From positions 32,001 through 96,000 of the forward strand of contig CAXXUA010000004.1 in assembly GCA_963663765.2 (NCBI GenBank): a stretch of 64,000 nucleotides of DNA. Direction: 5' to 3'. The notes beneath the pieces are model-generated. The model saw only the letters and a program-made list of their open reading frames with translations. It was not told the origin of the DNA and did no database searches. Position numbers and translations under genes: made by a program. Below, piece after piece: positions 1 through 8,858 of this stretch. The DNA is from Candidatus Poribacteria bacterium. GTDB taxonomy: Bacteria > Poribacteria > WGA-4E > WGA-3G. Positions within the stretch are counted from its first letter, which is position 1, and each line of letters opens with the position of its first letter.

Positions 1-947
1 CCCCATTTTTTCATGAGTTGAACAAGTCCGAGATTTACATCTTGTGTTGAATTTCGCGATGGGTCCAGCAGCAAAAGTAGTTTTCCACTTTTTGCTAAAT
101 ACTCTTCAATGATTTCAATACCTTGTACGTTTATAGGTTTAGTTGGACCTGCTATAACAAGAACGTCACAGTCTTTTGGAATACGTGGTTCCTTCAACAG
201 TGAGTGTGATAGTACTTCATAGTTTTGTTTTTCTAACTCTATGCGAACCTGACGGTATCTGTAATTTGTTGTATCATCAATACCGTGTTCCCCATGCCCA
301 CTTAGAAAATATACCCTTTTTGTTCTATTTTGAATCGTTCTTAATATGGCACTTGTAAATTTCTGTTCATCAACAATGGTTATTTTCTCTACACGATCCT
401 TACTCTCAAAGACAATAGTTCCATCATACTCAATCCCATATTTTCCAATAAGCGCGGGGTCTACATTTGGATTTTTGATTGAGAGGGTAATCTCTTTTGA
501 TTCACGTGAGTACAATTCTAAAATGTCCTTAGCGTGTAGTGCCAATAATGAATTATCATCTGTAAAAAACGCTATAATACTTACTTTCTTATCAAGCTTT
601 TTGAGTATCTGTTTTGTTTGTTCAGAAAGTGAATACCGTTTCAAATCAGTTAAATCTGCTCTCTTGTCAAACCTTTGCATAACGATGACATTGACAAAAA
701 CTGCAATTCCGATCACTCCCACTATGCTTAGTGCAACATTTGCACCGTATCGTAGTTGTCTACTTTTAGAAAAGTTGACAATTTCACTAAAACGCAAACT
801 GATAAAAGTAATAAGTGTTGATATTAATAGGACAAAAAATATCCAAAACGCTGTCCATGCTATTAGAAATAAACATGCAACAGAGATAAAGCTGAATATT
901 AAGGTAAGAAAACCAAAAAGTGGTGCAATTGCGTTTTTCTTTTTCAT
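1..947 (-). CDS. GldG-like ABC-type uncharacterized transport system component (partial, runs off window start)
   Basis: Read manually from ATG at 947: MKKKNAIAPLFGF... with TM segments, then LRYGAN...RFDKRADLT..RYSLSEQTKQILKKLDKKVSIIAFF, typical of GldG; directly follows a GldF-like permease. Absent from the ORF track because it has no stop in the window. Confidence 0.8.
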   Translation of the reverse strand, partial: MKKKNAIAPLFGFLTLIFSFISVACLFLIAWTAFWIFFVLLISTLITFISLRFSEIVNFSKSRQLRYGANVALSIVGVIGIAVFVNVIVMQRFDKRADLTDLKRYSLSEQTKQILKKLDKKVSIIAFFTDDNSLLALHAKDILELYSRESKEITLSIKNPNVDPALIGKYGIEYDGTIVFESKDRVEKITIVDEQKFTSAILRTIQNRTKRVYFLSGHGEHGIDDTTNYRYRQVRIELEKQNYEVLSHSLLKEPRIPKDCDVLVIAGPTKPINVQGIEIIEEYLAKSGKLLLLLDPSRNSTQDVNLGLVQLMKKW

Positions 948-950
948 ACC

Positions 951-1676
951 TTATCTCCATTTTGAGGACTCAATTGATTTTAGCGATGCAAATAGACATA
1001 CACAAGTAAAACTGACGTAATAGATAACATCCTTTAGGTTGATGACTCCACGGGAAAAATCACTATAGTGTTCTTGAAATGATAGGTAACCCAAGTATTT
1101 ACCGATTGTTCCTGATCGGGAAGATAATGCCCCGATTAACCAAAGAATTAGGAAGAAACCAAAACTTGTAAGAGCAGCGACAATCTGATTCTTACTCATT
1201 GAAGACATCAATATACCAAAAGAAAGAAAGCATGAACTGATGAGGATAAGTCCAAAATAACCGCTTATTAATATACCGGTATCTAAATGTCCAAAACGTT
1301 GTGTGAGAAATGGAAACAGGAGCGTTAACCCAAGCATGATAAGGACAAGAATCCAACTTGATAAGAATTTTCCGAGGACTACTTGCATATCAGTAATCGG
1401 GGAGGTGAGTAGGAGTTCAATGGTACCAGATTTGCGTTCTTCTGCGAATAGTTTCATCGTCAACACTGGTGTAAAAAAGAGTAGAATGATAGCGATATTT
1501 CCAAAGAGTGTTTGCATTACACCAGCCCCGATACCGTCATTTATACTGGCATATATTAGGGCAAGAGAAAAAAGAAAACCCGTTATCGATGAGAAAACAA
1601 TACATACAAAATATGCAATTGGAGTAACAAAATATGTATAGAGTTCTTTAGTGCAAACTGCAAGTATATTTCTCAT
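951..1676 (-). CDS. ABC-2 type transporter permease (GldF-like)
   Basis: KELYTYFVTPIAY, TMKLFAEERKSGTIELLLTSP, VLGKFL motifs; multiple TM helices; start moved to MRNIL (1676). Confidence 0.88.
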   Translation of the reverse strand: MRNILAVCTKELYTYFVTPIAYFVCIVFSSITGFLFSLALIYASINDGIGAGVMQTLFGNIAIILLFFTPVLTMKLFAEERKSGTIELLLTSPITDMQVVLGKFLSSWILVLIMLGLTLLFPFLTQRFGHLDTGILISGYFGLILISSCFLSFGILMSSMSKNQIVAALTSFGFFLILWLIGALSSRSGTIGKYLGYLSFQEHYSDFSRGVINLKDVIYYVSFTCVCLFASLKSIESSKWR

Positions 1677-1719
1677 TTTTTGATTGTGTGTGAGGATAAA
1701 TGTTTGATTGTAGATTAGG

Positions 1720-2454
1720 TTAGCCAAACCGCTTTCTGACCTTACCGACAAAGAACGGACCAAGGGAATCAATATATTTGGTTGTCTGTTCTGTTTTTCG
1801 CATATCCTGAATTAGTCGTGATAAGGGATATAAGTCAGGACCGACTAAACCGATAAGGAATTCATTGTCATTTGTATCTAACCCGAAACAAGCTAAACGT
1901 ATATCGCTTGCATATCCGCCAGCAGCGTAACTGCGTCCGAGCATTGCATGTTCACCTAATATTCTACCTTGTTCACGTCTTTCAAGTTGATAGAATTCAG
2001 ATTTTCGTCGTAGAGGGTACCAAATTGCCCAAGGCAAGTTTGGATTCAGGACATTATTGCGTGGTTTGTTGATAAGCCATTGCTCTAAATCCGGTTCTCT
2101 TCCACTTGAATAGGTACGACCAATCATCGTCATTTCTGGACGATACACAAGATTATAGGTTTTCTGAGCAGTTAATAAAATGTCTCGTGAATTTTCTATT
2201 AACTTCTCTGGTTCTTCAGAGAAAAATAGCACACCAATACCCGTTGGATGGTTTATATCGTCGTATAAAACTGCATTCAAACTACTTCTGTTGAGTGTGT
2301 CAATTATCGATTCTGTTTCATATACCTTTTCAAATGCGTGTAATTGGAAGTATAACCGTCTATCGGTATATTGCGGTTCACCATCTATTGGCGTTCCAGA
2401 CTCGCGTATATCTAACTTTTCTGGACGTGTTCGTTTCTCTGCTTCGGTTTGCAT
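1720..2454 (-). CDS. Chlorite dismutase family protein (probable coproheme decarboxylase ChdC/HemQ-type)
   Basis: WYPLRR..FYQL...EQGRILGEHAMLGRSY, FGLDTNDNEF, RLIQDMRKTEQT..Y....PFFVG motifs. Confidence 0.8.
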   Translation of the reverse strand: MQTEAEKRTRPEKLDIRESGTPIDGEPQYTDRRLYFQLHAFEKVYETESIIDTLNRSSLNAVLYDDINHPTGIGVLFFSEEPEKLIENSRDILLTAQKTYNLVYRPEMTMIGRTYSSGREPDLEQWLINKPRNNVLNPNLPWAIWYPLRRKSEFYQLERREQGRILGEHAMLGRSYAAGGYASDIRLACFGLDTNDNEFLIGLVGPDLYPLSRLIQDMRKTEQTTKYIDSLGPFFVGKVRKRFG

Positions 2455-2487
2455 GTTGCTATTCTTTCGTTTTCGGTTTGTTTATGG

Positions 2488-4056
2488 TTATGTTGTGTAT
2501 GACTCACGTATCCATTCTTCAAGTACAGGATCTGGATCATCAACAACTTCTTTTGGAAAAGTAAATGAGGTTTGACCAGTATTCTGTTTTATCAGGTTCA
2601 ATCCGTGTTGATAACTGCTCAGGATTTCATTGCAGATTTGTGTAATAGATGTTTCTTTTGCAACTGCTTTCTCACAGATTGCTTCAGTAGCTTTTTCATC
2701 AAAAGTAATATTCAGGTCATGTTTTGCATAAAATTGTGCTTCATATCTTCGAATTTGTTCATGCATGACTGTAGTGCGATTATAATCTGTATCTTCAATA
2801 ATTCTTTTTAGTTCGTTTTCAGGTTTATCAACAACTTCTTCAGTGGCAACAAACTCAACAACACCTGTAGAAGGAAGTTCATACTTATAGTTGCGTAATG
2901 CTTTTTCACACACTGTCATCAAAGCGCGAGCCCCTGTTTTTTGCTCAATGGCATTTTCAGCAATGCGGTGTAACCCAGAGTTAGAAAAAAGGACGTTAAT
3001 GCCGTAAGCTTTGAAAGCATTTTCATACTGTCTGACGATTGATCCTTCAGAATGTTTCAATATATAGTATAGGTCATCCACATCCAATTCTGTGCAGATT
3101 ACGTGTACAGGTAATCTACCAATAAACTCTGGTTCAAAGCCGAAGTCTATAAAGTCTCTTGGTGTAACATTATCTAAATATTCTGTGGTATTGTCTTTCT
3201 GAGTAGCGACTTCAGCGTTGAAGCCGATGCGACTTTGATGCATACGTTTTTTGATAATCTTTTCCATTCCAGTGAACGCGCCACTGATTATGAACAGGAT
3301 ATGTCGGGTGTTAATTACCTCTTTTTCCACTTTACCACTTTTCTGAAATTCCATGACAGCACGCATTTGTGAAGCGACATCGTTTCCCCCTCTCAGGTCA
3401 ACTTCTGTTTCTTCCATTAATTTTAGAAGACCGATCTGTACGCCACGTCCACTGACATCGCGTCCGAGGATGTTCGGTGGTGTTGCGATTTTGTCTGCTT
3501 CATCAAGATAGATTATACCGTATTGAGCTAATTCAAGATTACCTTCTGCCTGCGCAACAAGTTCACGTATTAAGTCATCTACATTCGCGCCGACATAACC
3601 TGTTTCACTAAAACGTGTAGCATCTGCTTTAACAAATGGTACACCGATTAGTTTTGCGATGTGTCTGATGAGATAAGTCTTACCGACACCTGTTGGACCG
3701 AGCATGACAATGTTTTGCTTTGAATAGTCGGTATCCGCAGCATCAGGATTTTCGTGGCATTCCCGTACGTGGTTGTAATGGTCACAGACAGCGATTGCAA
3801 GTGCTTTTTTTGCATCATCTTGTTTGATGACATATCTGTCTAAATACTTTTTTATATCTTTAGGTTTCAGGTCAAACTTAAGATCGAAGGTCTTTTGGGG
3901 TTCAGGTACTTCTTCCGCGGTCTGTTGGGGTGAACCTTGTGCTCCACCGACGTATCCTAAACGAACACTTACACCATCGCCATATTTCTTTTGTAAGAAC
4001 TCTTGAAATTCCTTTTGAAGTTCTTCCTGTGAAGGAATCTTATTTTCATTTTCCAT
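2488..4056 (-). CDS. ClpX-like AAA+ unfoldase lacking the N-terminal zinc-binding domain
   Basis: Walker A GPTGVGKT, GYVG pore loop, YLDEADK Walker B, RDVSG, IGF loop, PEFIGRLP, TGARAL; start taken at MENENK. Confidence 0.85.
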   Translation of the reverse strand: MENENKIPSQEELQKEFQEFLQKKYGDGVSVRLGYVGGAQGSPQQTAEEVPEPQKTFDLKFDLKPKDIKKYLDRYVIKQDDAKKALAIAVCDHYNHVRECHENPDAADTDYSKQNIVMLGPTGVGKTYLIRHIAKLIGVPFVKADATRFSETGYVGANVDDLIRELVAQAEGNLELAQYGIIYLDEADKIATPPNILGRDVSGRGVQIGLLKLMEETEVDLRGGNDVASQMRAVMEFQKSGKVEKEVINTRHILFIISGAFTGMEKIIKKRMHQSRIGFNAEVATQKDNTTEYLDNVTPRDFIDFGFEPEFIGRLPVHVICTELDVDDLYYILKHSEGSIVRQYENAFKAYGINVLFSNSGLHRIAENAIEQKTGARALMTVCEKALRNYKYELPSTGVVEFVATEEVVDKPENELKRIIEDTDYNRTTVMHEQIRRYEAQFYAKHDLNITFDEKATEAICEKAVAKETSITQICNEILSSYQHGLNLIKQNTGQTSFTFPKEVVDDPDPVLEEWIRESYTT

Positions 4057-4090
4057 AATATTTTCAAAATTTAGCTTTAAATTTTCTTTG

Positions 4091-5641
4091 CTAATCTCCA
4101 ACATTTGCATAGAAAAATGGTGGCATCGTCAATGCTACTACATCATCTTCACCAGAGACTTCGCGTGCCATTGCAAGTGCATCGTCTAAGTTCTTTGCCC
4201 ACTCTACTCCTAACCTTTGTGCCACCTGCGGTTCTTTGGGACCAACCAAAATAACCTTTGATAAATACTTCAGCGGATAAGTCGCCCAATACCATACTGT
4301 AAATGGGTGAAAACCGTGATGTGCATATTTGTTCCTATAACAGTCAATCAAATATTCATCCTTTGCGTATTTTTCTTGATACTTCTGTTGCATCTCAAAT
4401 GGTTCGGTTGTATCTGCAAGCACTTCATCATAGAACATTCTGTATGCAACGTGATATTCCTCGTGAAATATCTCGTAAGTCGGATTCATGATGATGACAA
4501 CACCGTTCTCTTTGATGATCGGTTTATTGTAGAACCAGTTGAAAACATAACCCAAGATGTCGCTCACAACCAATACAGGATTGATGCGCGCATCAACAGC
4601 ATAAGGACTCATATCTGGCAGTCCAAACACTAAGGTACTATACTGACGCGGTATGTCAATTGCCAATTGATCTTTCATCATTGTAAGAGTTTTTGCATGA
4701 ACAGCATCAATATCACCTGCGTTTACTGCCATCGGTTCATAGTCCGTTTGCACACTTTTGAGAATCTTATATCGGACAGATTCAGGTAAGATCGATAAAG
4801 TTGCAGGTGTAAAGGTTTTGATAATCTTCTCAGCAATGTTACAGTCTTTGTTTGGTTTTCCAACATAACGAAGATGAAATGGATATATTGCCCCATTCAT
4901 TGCTGCTTCAAGAACGAATATCGGAGTTTCTTTTTGAATGAGTCTACTCATCCGTTCAATACAAGCATGCATGTGTGAACCATCTGGCTGCATCACATGC
5001 GGAGAATCCGATGTCATGTGTGGTGAGTGGTGCGGTGCGATAGAGTTATATGTACCGAGACCAACAGCAACAGATTTATGTCCACCATTGAGTGGAATCT
5101 GAATCATGTCCACATATATTATCAGGTCAGCATCAAGTGCGGCTTTGTCAGTCTCAACGACTTCGTCATGGTCTGTTTTTCCAACTTCAACAATCTGGTC
5201 ATTATCTTCAGCATCAAAATTGCGGAGTTGATGGGGATAGAACTCACTCATAATATCTTTACCCAACATAAAAGCGAGTTCGTGTTGTTTCATTTTCCTG
5301 TGTAGTGCTACTGCACACATTAATTCAATGTTCTTTTTCTCAACACCATATTCATATAGCAATTTGAGCAATGTTTCAATCATAATCTGCCGCATATCCG
5401 GCTTTTTGGTTAATGGAAATGGTTGGCAGTTATCATCAAATAGAATGAGTATCTTTGAATTGCCATTAACAAGTTCCCATAATGGTGGCATTTCAAGCGG
5501 GTTTTCAAAGGCGTTCTTAGTATGTTCGCTGAGTTCAGCCCGTTTTATACCCGGAAGTGGAGGTTTGGCGTAGAACACCTCTGAATTGTCCGGAAGTTTT
5601 GCATTGACCAGGTGATTTCCGAAGTAGGTAAAGTATTTCAT
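4091..5641 (-). CDS. Lactate racemase (LarA/DUF2088) domain protein
   Basis: AFENPL.MPPL.ELV....I.ILFDD, ALHRKM, GGHKS motifs of LarA-superfamily proteins; start taken at MKYF. Confidence 0.8.
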   Translation of the reverse strand: MKYFTYFGNHLVNAKLPDNSEVFYAKPPLPGIKRAELSEHTKNAFENPLEMPPLWELVNGNSKILILFDDNCQPFPLTKKPDMRQIMIETLLKLLYEYGVEKKNIELMCAVALHRKMKQHELAFMLGKDIMSEFYPHQLRNFDAEDNDQIVEVGKTDHDEVVETDKAALDADLIIYVDMIQIPLNGGHKSVAVGLGTYNSIAPHHSPHMTSDSPHVMQPDGSHMHACIERMSRLIQKETPIFVLEAAMNGAIYPFHLRYVGKPNKDCNIAEKIIKTFTPATLSILPESVRYKILKSVQTDYEPMAVNAGDIDAVHAKTLTMMKDQLAIDIPRQYSTLVFGLPDMSPYAVDARINPVLVVSDILGYVFNWFYNKPIIKENGVVIIMNPTYEIFHEEYHVAYRMFYDEVLADTTEPFEMQQKYQEKYAKDEYLIDCYRNKYAHHGFHPFTVWYWATYPLKYLSKVILVGPKEPQVAQRLGVEWAKNLDDALAMAREVSGEDDVVALTMPPFFYANVGD

Positions 5642-5761
5642 AAACTGAAAAACCAATCTAATATGTATGTCTTTTAACGTTCAATTTTGTTCTTATTTTA
5701 GCATAGTTTGGAGATGAATGCAAGTATATAATATGATAAGGGGTGTGTAAATATTTTTAAC

Positions 5762-6335
5762 CCTTTTGTCAGAATCACGGATTACGTAGATTAGGTGGAT
5801 TACGGGGATTTCACGGAAAAGACCTCTGCATATAATTGTATTGCTTAGAAAAGACTTATCCGCTGCCATACGTTCTCAGTCCGGTATCTTATCCGCGCAC
5901 TCCGCGCACTCCACGTAATCCGCGATTCCGTACAGGGTGTGTAAAGTTTTTGCACAGAGGTACAAACTTTTGTTCTCTTTAGTCCCGTAGGGACGCAATG
6001 TTTATAGATAGGTGTAATCACCCTCTCTTGAGTTCCGTAGGAACGACATAGAAGAATAAACATATCGTCCCTACGGGACTAAAGAACTGGGAAGGGTACT
6101 TGTTTTCTATAAACATATCGTCCCTACGGGACTGAAGAGTATGGTTGATATTAACAATATTTCCTTATATTGACACCTATGGGTCTCTGTGCCCGCAATC
6201 TCTCATTTAATCAGTTGCGGCGGGGTACAGAGACCCGGGGAATGCCTAAATGGCATTCATACCGTTGATTCCGCTCTACAATGGAGAATGTGCAGTTTGT
6301 GCAAAAACTTTACACACCCTTCCGTACACAAAGGA
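5762..6335. repeat. Outer inverted-repeat element (CCTTTTGTCAGAATCACGGATTA...TAATCCGCGATTCCGTACACAAAGG) with 9-bp periodic subrepeats, interrupted by the MITE at 5935
   Basis: Imperfect inverted ends; TCCGCGCAC-type 9-mers; the right end is split by the MITE and its TSD. Confidence 0.55.
5935..6319. mobile_element. MITE with GGGTGTGTAAAGTTTTTG terminal inverted repeats and 9-bp TSD TTCCGTACA; REP cargo
   Basis: TIRs at 5935 and 6319; identical 9-bp direct repeats at 5926-5934 and 6320-6328; interior has GTCCCGTAGGGAC-type REPs. Confidence 0.85.
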
Positions 6336-6377
6336 ATTATGAAAATCCTATATTGACACTTATAGAGACAAAAACTT

Positions 6378-7604
6378 TTATTCTATCTGTAAGTCAAAAA
6401 TAGTTTTTACGGTTGCAGTTTTTCCGGTGTTAAGGGCGGTTTGTATTGCGATCTTATAGTCGCGTAGGGAAAATGGTTTGCCAACCAATGGCAGCAATTG
6501 CTCGCCATGATCTTGCAACAGACGGAGACCGAGTTGAAAAGTATGTATCTGTTCACCGTTGTATGTTTCAAGTCTGTATGTATATGCCCCTTTCACCTGT
6601 AGTTGTTTATACCAAATAGATGTCCAGTCAATGTTATTCGGAATTCCTGGCATTCCGAGTAAGATGACTTCTCCACCTGCTCGCGTAAAACGTAGTGCAT
6701 CATCTATTGTAACACTGGAACCGACGCAGTCAAAGGTTAAATCCACCCCGCCAAGTAGCACTTGTTGACCGAGTTCCGGTTGGTAAGATTCTGCATTCGT
6801 TAACTCACAGAAAGCATCATAACGATTTATTCGAACAGGAATCACCACATCTGCTCCTAGATCGCGTGCTAACGTCTGTTGGTGGGGATGTTTTGCAAAG
6901 ATAAGGATTCTGTTTTTAAATTCAAGCATTCTTAGAGCTGCTACGGTGAGTAATCCGATGGTACCTCCGCCAATTATACATATATCCGTTTTGTCGTGGA
7001 ATTCAGCTTGCAGAACACCATGAATTGCGCATGCAAACGGTTCAAGCAGCACCGCTAATTCATCTGATAGTTCATCTGGAACGCTATGAAGTTGTGACTG
7101 ATGTGCAAGGACGTATTGACTCCAACCCCCACCTGTATCCCGACAATAACCTGTTTGAATACCTGCAGAAATGCTACCATTTGTGATGTTTTCGCAGTTA
7201 GCAAAACTTAAATTTTGACACTGATGACAAGGTGGATTTATCTCGCGGACTGTACAGGAGAGTGCGGGTTCTATAACTACTCTTTCACCGATAGACCGCC
7301 CCTTAACTGCATTTCCGATCTCTGCAATTTCACCGACAATCTCATGTCCCAGTATAAAAGGTGTTGACGTGAAAGGTGAAAAATAGGGACTGCCCTTTGC
7401 TGTAATCGTTGCTAAATCGGAGCCGCAGATGCCACTGAGATGGGTTTTGATTTTGACCCATTGGGGAGTTGGCAGTTGTGGTTCTGGTATGTTAACGAGT
7501 GAAATGCAAGAGATAGGAGACGTATATAGGCTGCGCCACCTTTTTCCAAGGTAGCGCATTGCGAGATAACGGGGGATGCTTTTTGTGTATTGGATGGCTT
7601 GCAC
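6378..7604 (-). CDS. Zinc-binding alcohol dehydrogenase (MDR family)
   Basis: GICGSD, LGHEIVG, structural Cys cluster, GGGTIG Rossmann motif; GTG start. Confidence 0.9.
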   Translation of the reverse strand: MQAIQYTKSIPRYLAMRYLGKRWRSLYTSPISCISLVNIPEPQLPTPQWVKIKTHLSGICGSDLATITAKGSPYFSPFTSTPFILGHEIVGEIAEIGNAVKGRSIGERVVIEPALSCTVREINPPCHQCQNLSFANCENITNGSISAGIQTGYCRDTGGGWSQYVLAHQSQLHSVPDELSDELAVLLEPFACAIHGVLQAEFHDKTDICIIGGGTIGLLTVAALRMLEFKNRILIFAKHPHQQTLARDLGADVVIPVRINRYDAFCELTNAESYQPELGQQVLLGGVDLTFDCVGSSVTIDDALRFTRAGGEVILLGMPGIPNNIDWTSIWYKQLQVKGAYTYRLETYNGEQIHTFQLGLRLLQDHGEQLLPLVGKPFSLRDYKIAIQTALNTGKTATVKTIFDLQIE

Positions 7605-7613
7605 GGTAATTGA

Positions 7614-8807
7614 CTAATTTACCTCACTCTGATAATACTCCATCAAAATCTCAGCAACTTCGGGACGTGAGATCTCTTGTGGGAGCTGCTCTCCTGCAGC
7701 AAGCATTTCGCGCATTTTCGTACCAGAGATGGAAAAGTAATCTTCTTGTCCATGTGGACAGTCACCTAACATAATGATTTTGTTACATTTATTACACCAC
7801 ATTGTCCAGTTCCCTCGGAAAATTTCAATTTCTAATGCATCCTCAGGGATTTCATCAAAGATTGTTTGTGCATCAAAAGGTCCATAGAAATCACCAGCAC
7901 CAGCATGGTCGCGTCCAACGATAAAATGCGATGCACCACTGTTCTGGCGAAAAACTGCGTGTAGTAGTGCTTCACGCGGTCCTGCGTATAACATATCAAA
8001 TCCATAACCGGTGATAGAAACGGTGTTTTCAGGGAAGTAGTTATCAACCATAATGCGAATAGCTGCATCCCGAACAGCAGCGGGAATATCTCCAGGTTTT
8101 AATTTGCCAAGTAACATGTGGATAAGCACTCCGTCAGCATTGACTTCTTTTTGAGCGATTTTACAGAGTTCTTCGTGTGCGCGGTGCATCGGGTTGCGCG
8201 TCTGGAATGCGACAACTGTTTCCCAACCACGTTTAGCAATGTCCTCACGAATTTCAACAGCAGTCCGAAATGTGTCTGGGAAGTCTTCAGGGAAATAGGA
8301 GTAGTTTAGAACCTCAATAGCACCAGAGAGAACGTAGTCTCCGACATCTGCAAATGCGGGAACTCCTGGATGTTTAGGATCCGTTGAGCCAAATGTTTTT
8401 TCAATGATGAGATGTTTCTGTTCGGGTGTTAGTTTCTCAATAGCTGAAACGTTCATCACCGCTATGGGTGGATTGCCTTCAACGTTTGGATCCCGCAATG
8501 CAATTTGGTTTGAATTCTCCACAGAATCTGTGAGTTGATCTTCAGTGACAATGTTCATGATGGGTACTGGCCAAAATAGACCGTTAGACAACTTCATATC
8601 TGCAGCGACACTGATTGACTCAGCGATATTCATGTATCCTGCCAAGGGAGTAAAATATCCCGATGCAAGCATTACGGCTGATGCAGCTGCTCCTGATGTA
8701 AGCAGGACTGATGGAAGTTGTTCTGCTTGCTTGGTCAGTTCGGTGTGTTCTGCATCATCCGTGACATAAAGCGGTGTTAAGGTTTCTGCTCCATGTGGTT
8801 TAATCAT
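7614..8807 (-). CDS. sat: Sulfate adenylyltransferase (ATP sulfurylase)
   Basis: VVAFQTRNPMHRAHE, MLYAGPREALLHAVFRQN, VGRDHAG, ISGTKMR motifs; start MIKPHG after AAGGAG. Confidence 0.95.
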   Translation of the reverse strand: MIKPHGAETLTPLYVTDDAEHTELTKQAEQLPSVLLTSGAAASAVMLASGYFTPLAGYMNIAESISVAADMKLSNGLFWPVPIMNIVTEDQLTDSVENSNQIALRDPNVEGNPPIAVMNVSAIEKLTPEQKHLIIEKTFGSTDPKHPGVPAFADVGDYVLSGAIEVLNYSYFPEDFPDTFRTAVEIREDIAKRGWETVVAFQTRNPMHRAHEELCKIAQKEVNADGVLIHMLLGKLKPGDIPAAVRDAAIRIMVDNYFPENTVSITGYGFDMLYAGPREALLHAVFRQNSGASHFIVGRDHAGAGDFYGPFDAQTIFDEIPEDALEIEIFRGNWTMWCNKCNKIIMLGDCPHGQEDYFSISGTKMREMLAAGEQLPQEISRPEVAEILMEYYQSEVN

Positions 8808-8858
8808 TAAAATTCTCCTTTTTATCTCAATTGTAGTGCAATACAAACGATCTTCCTG

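Noticed and set aside
346-1020. 224-aa plus-strand ORF
   Set aside because: Antisense shadow of the GldG-like gene on the minus strand.
7614-8807. Dissimilatory sulfur metabolism inferred from sat
   Set aside because: No aprAB, dsr or qmo genes are in the window; Sat alone does not give the direction of the pathway.
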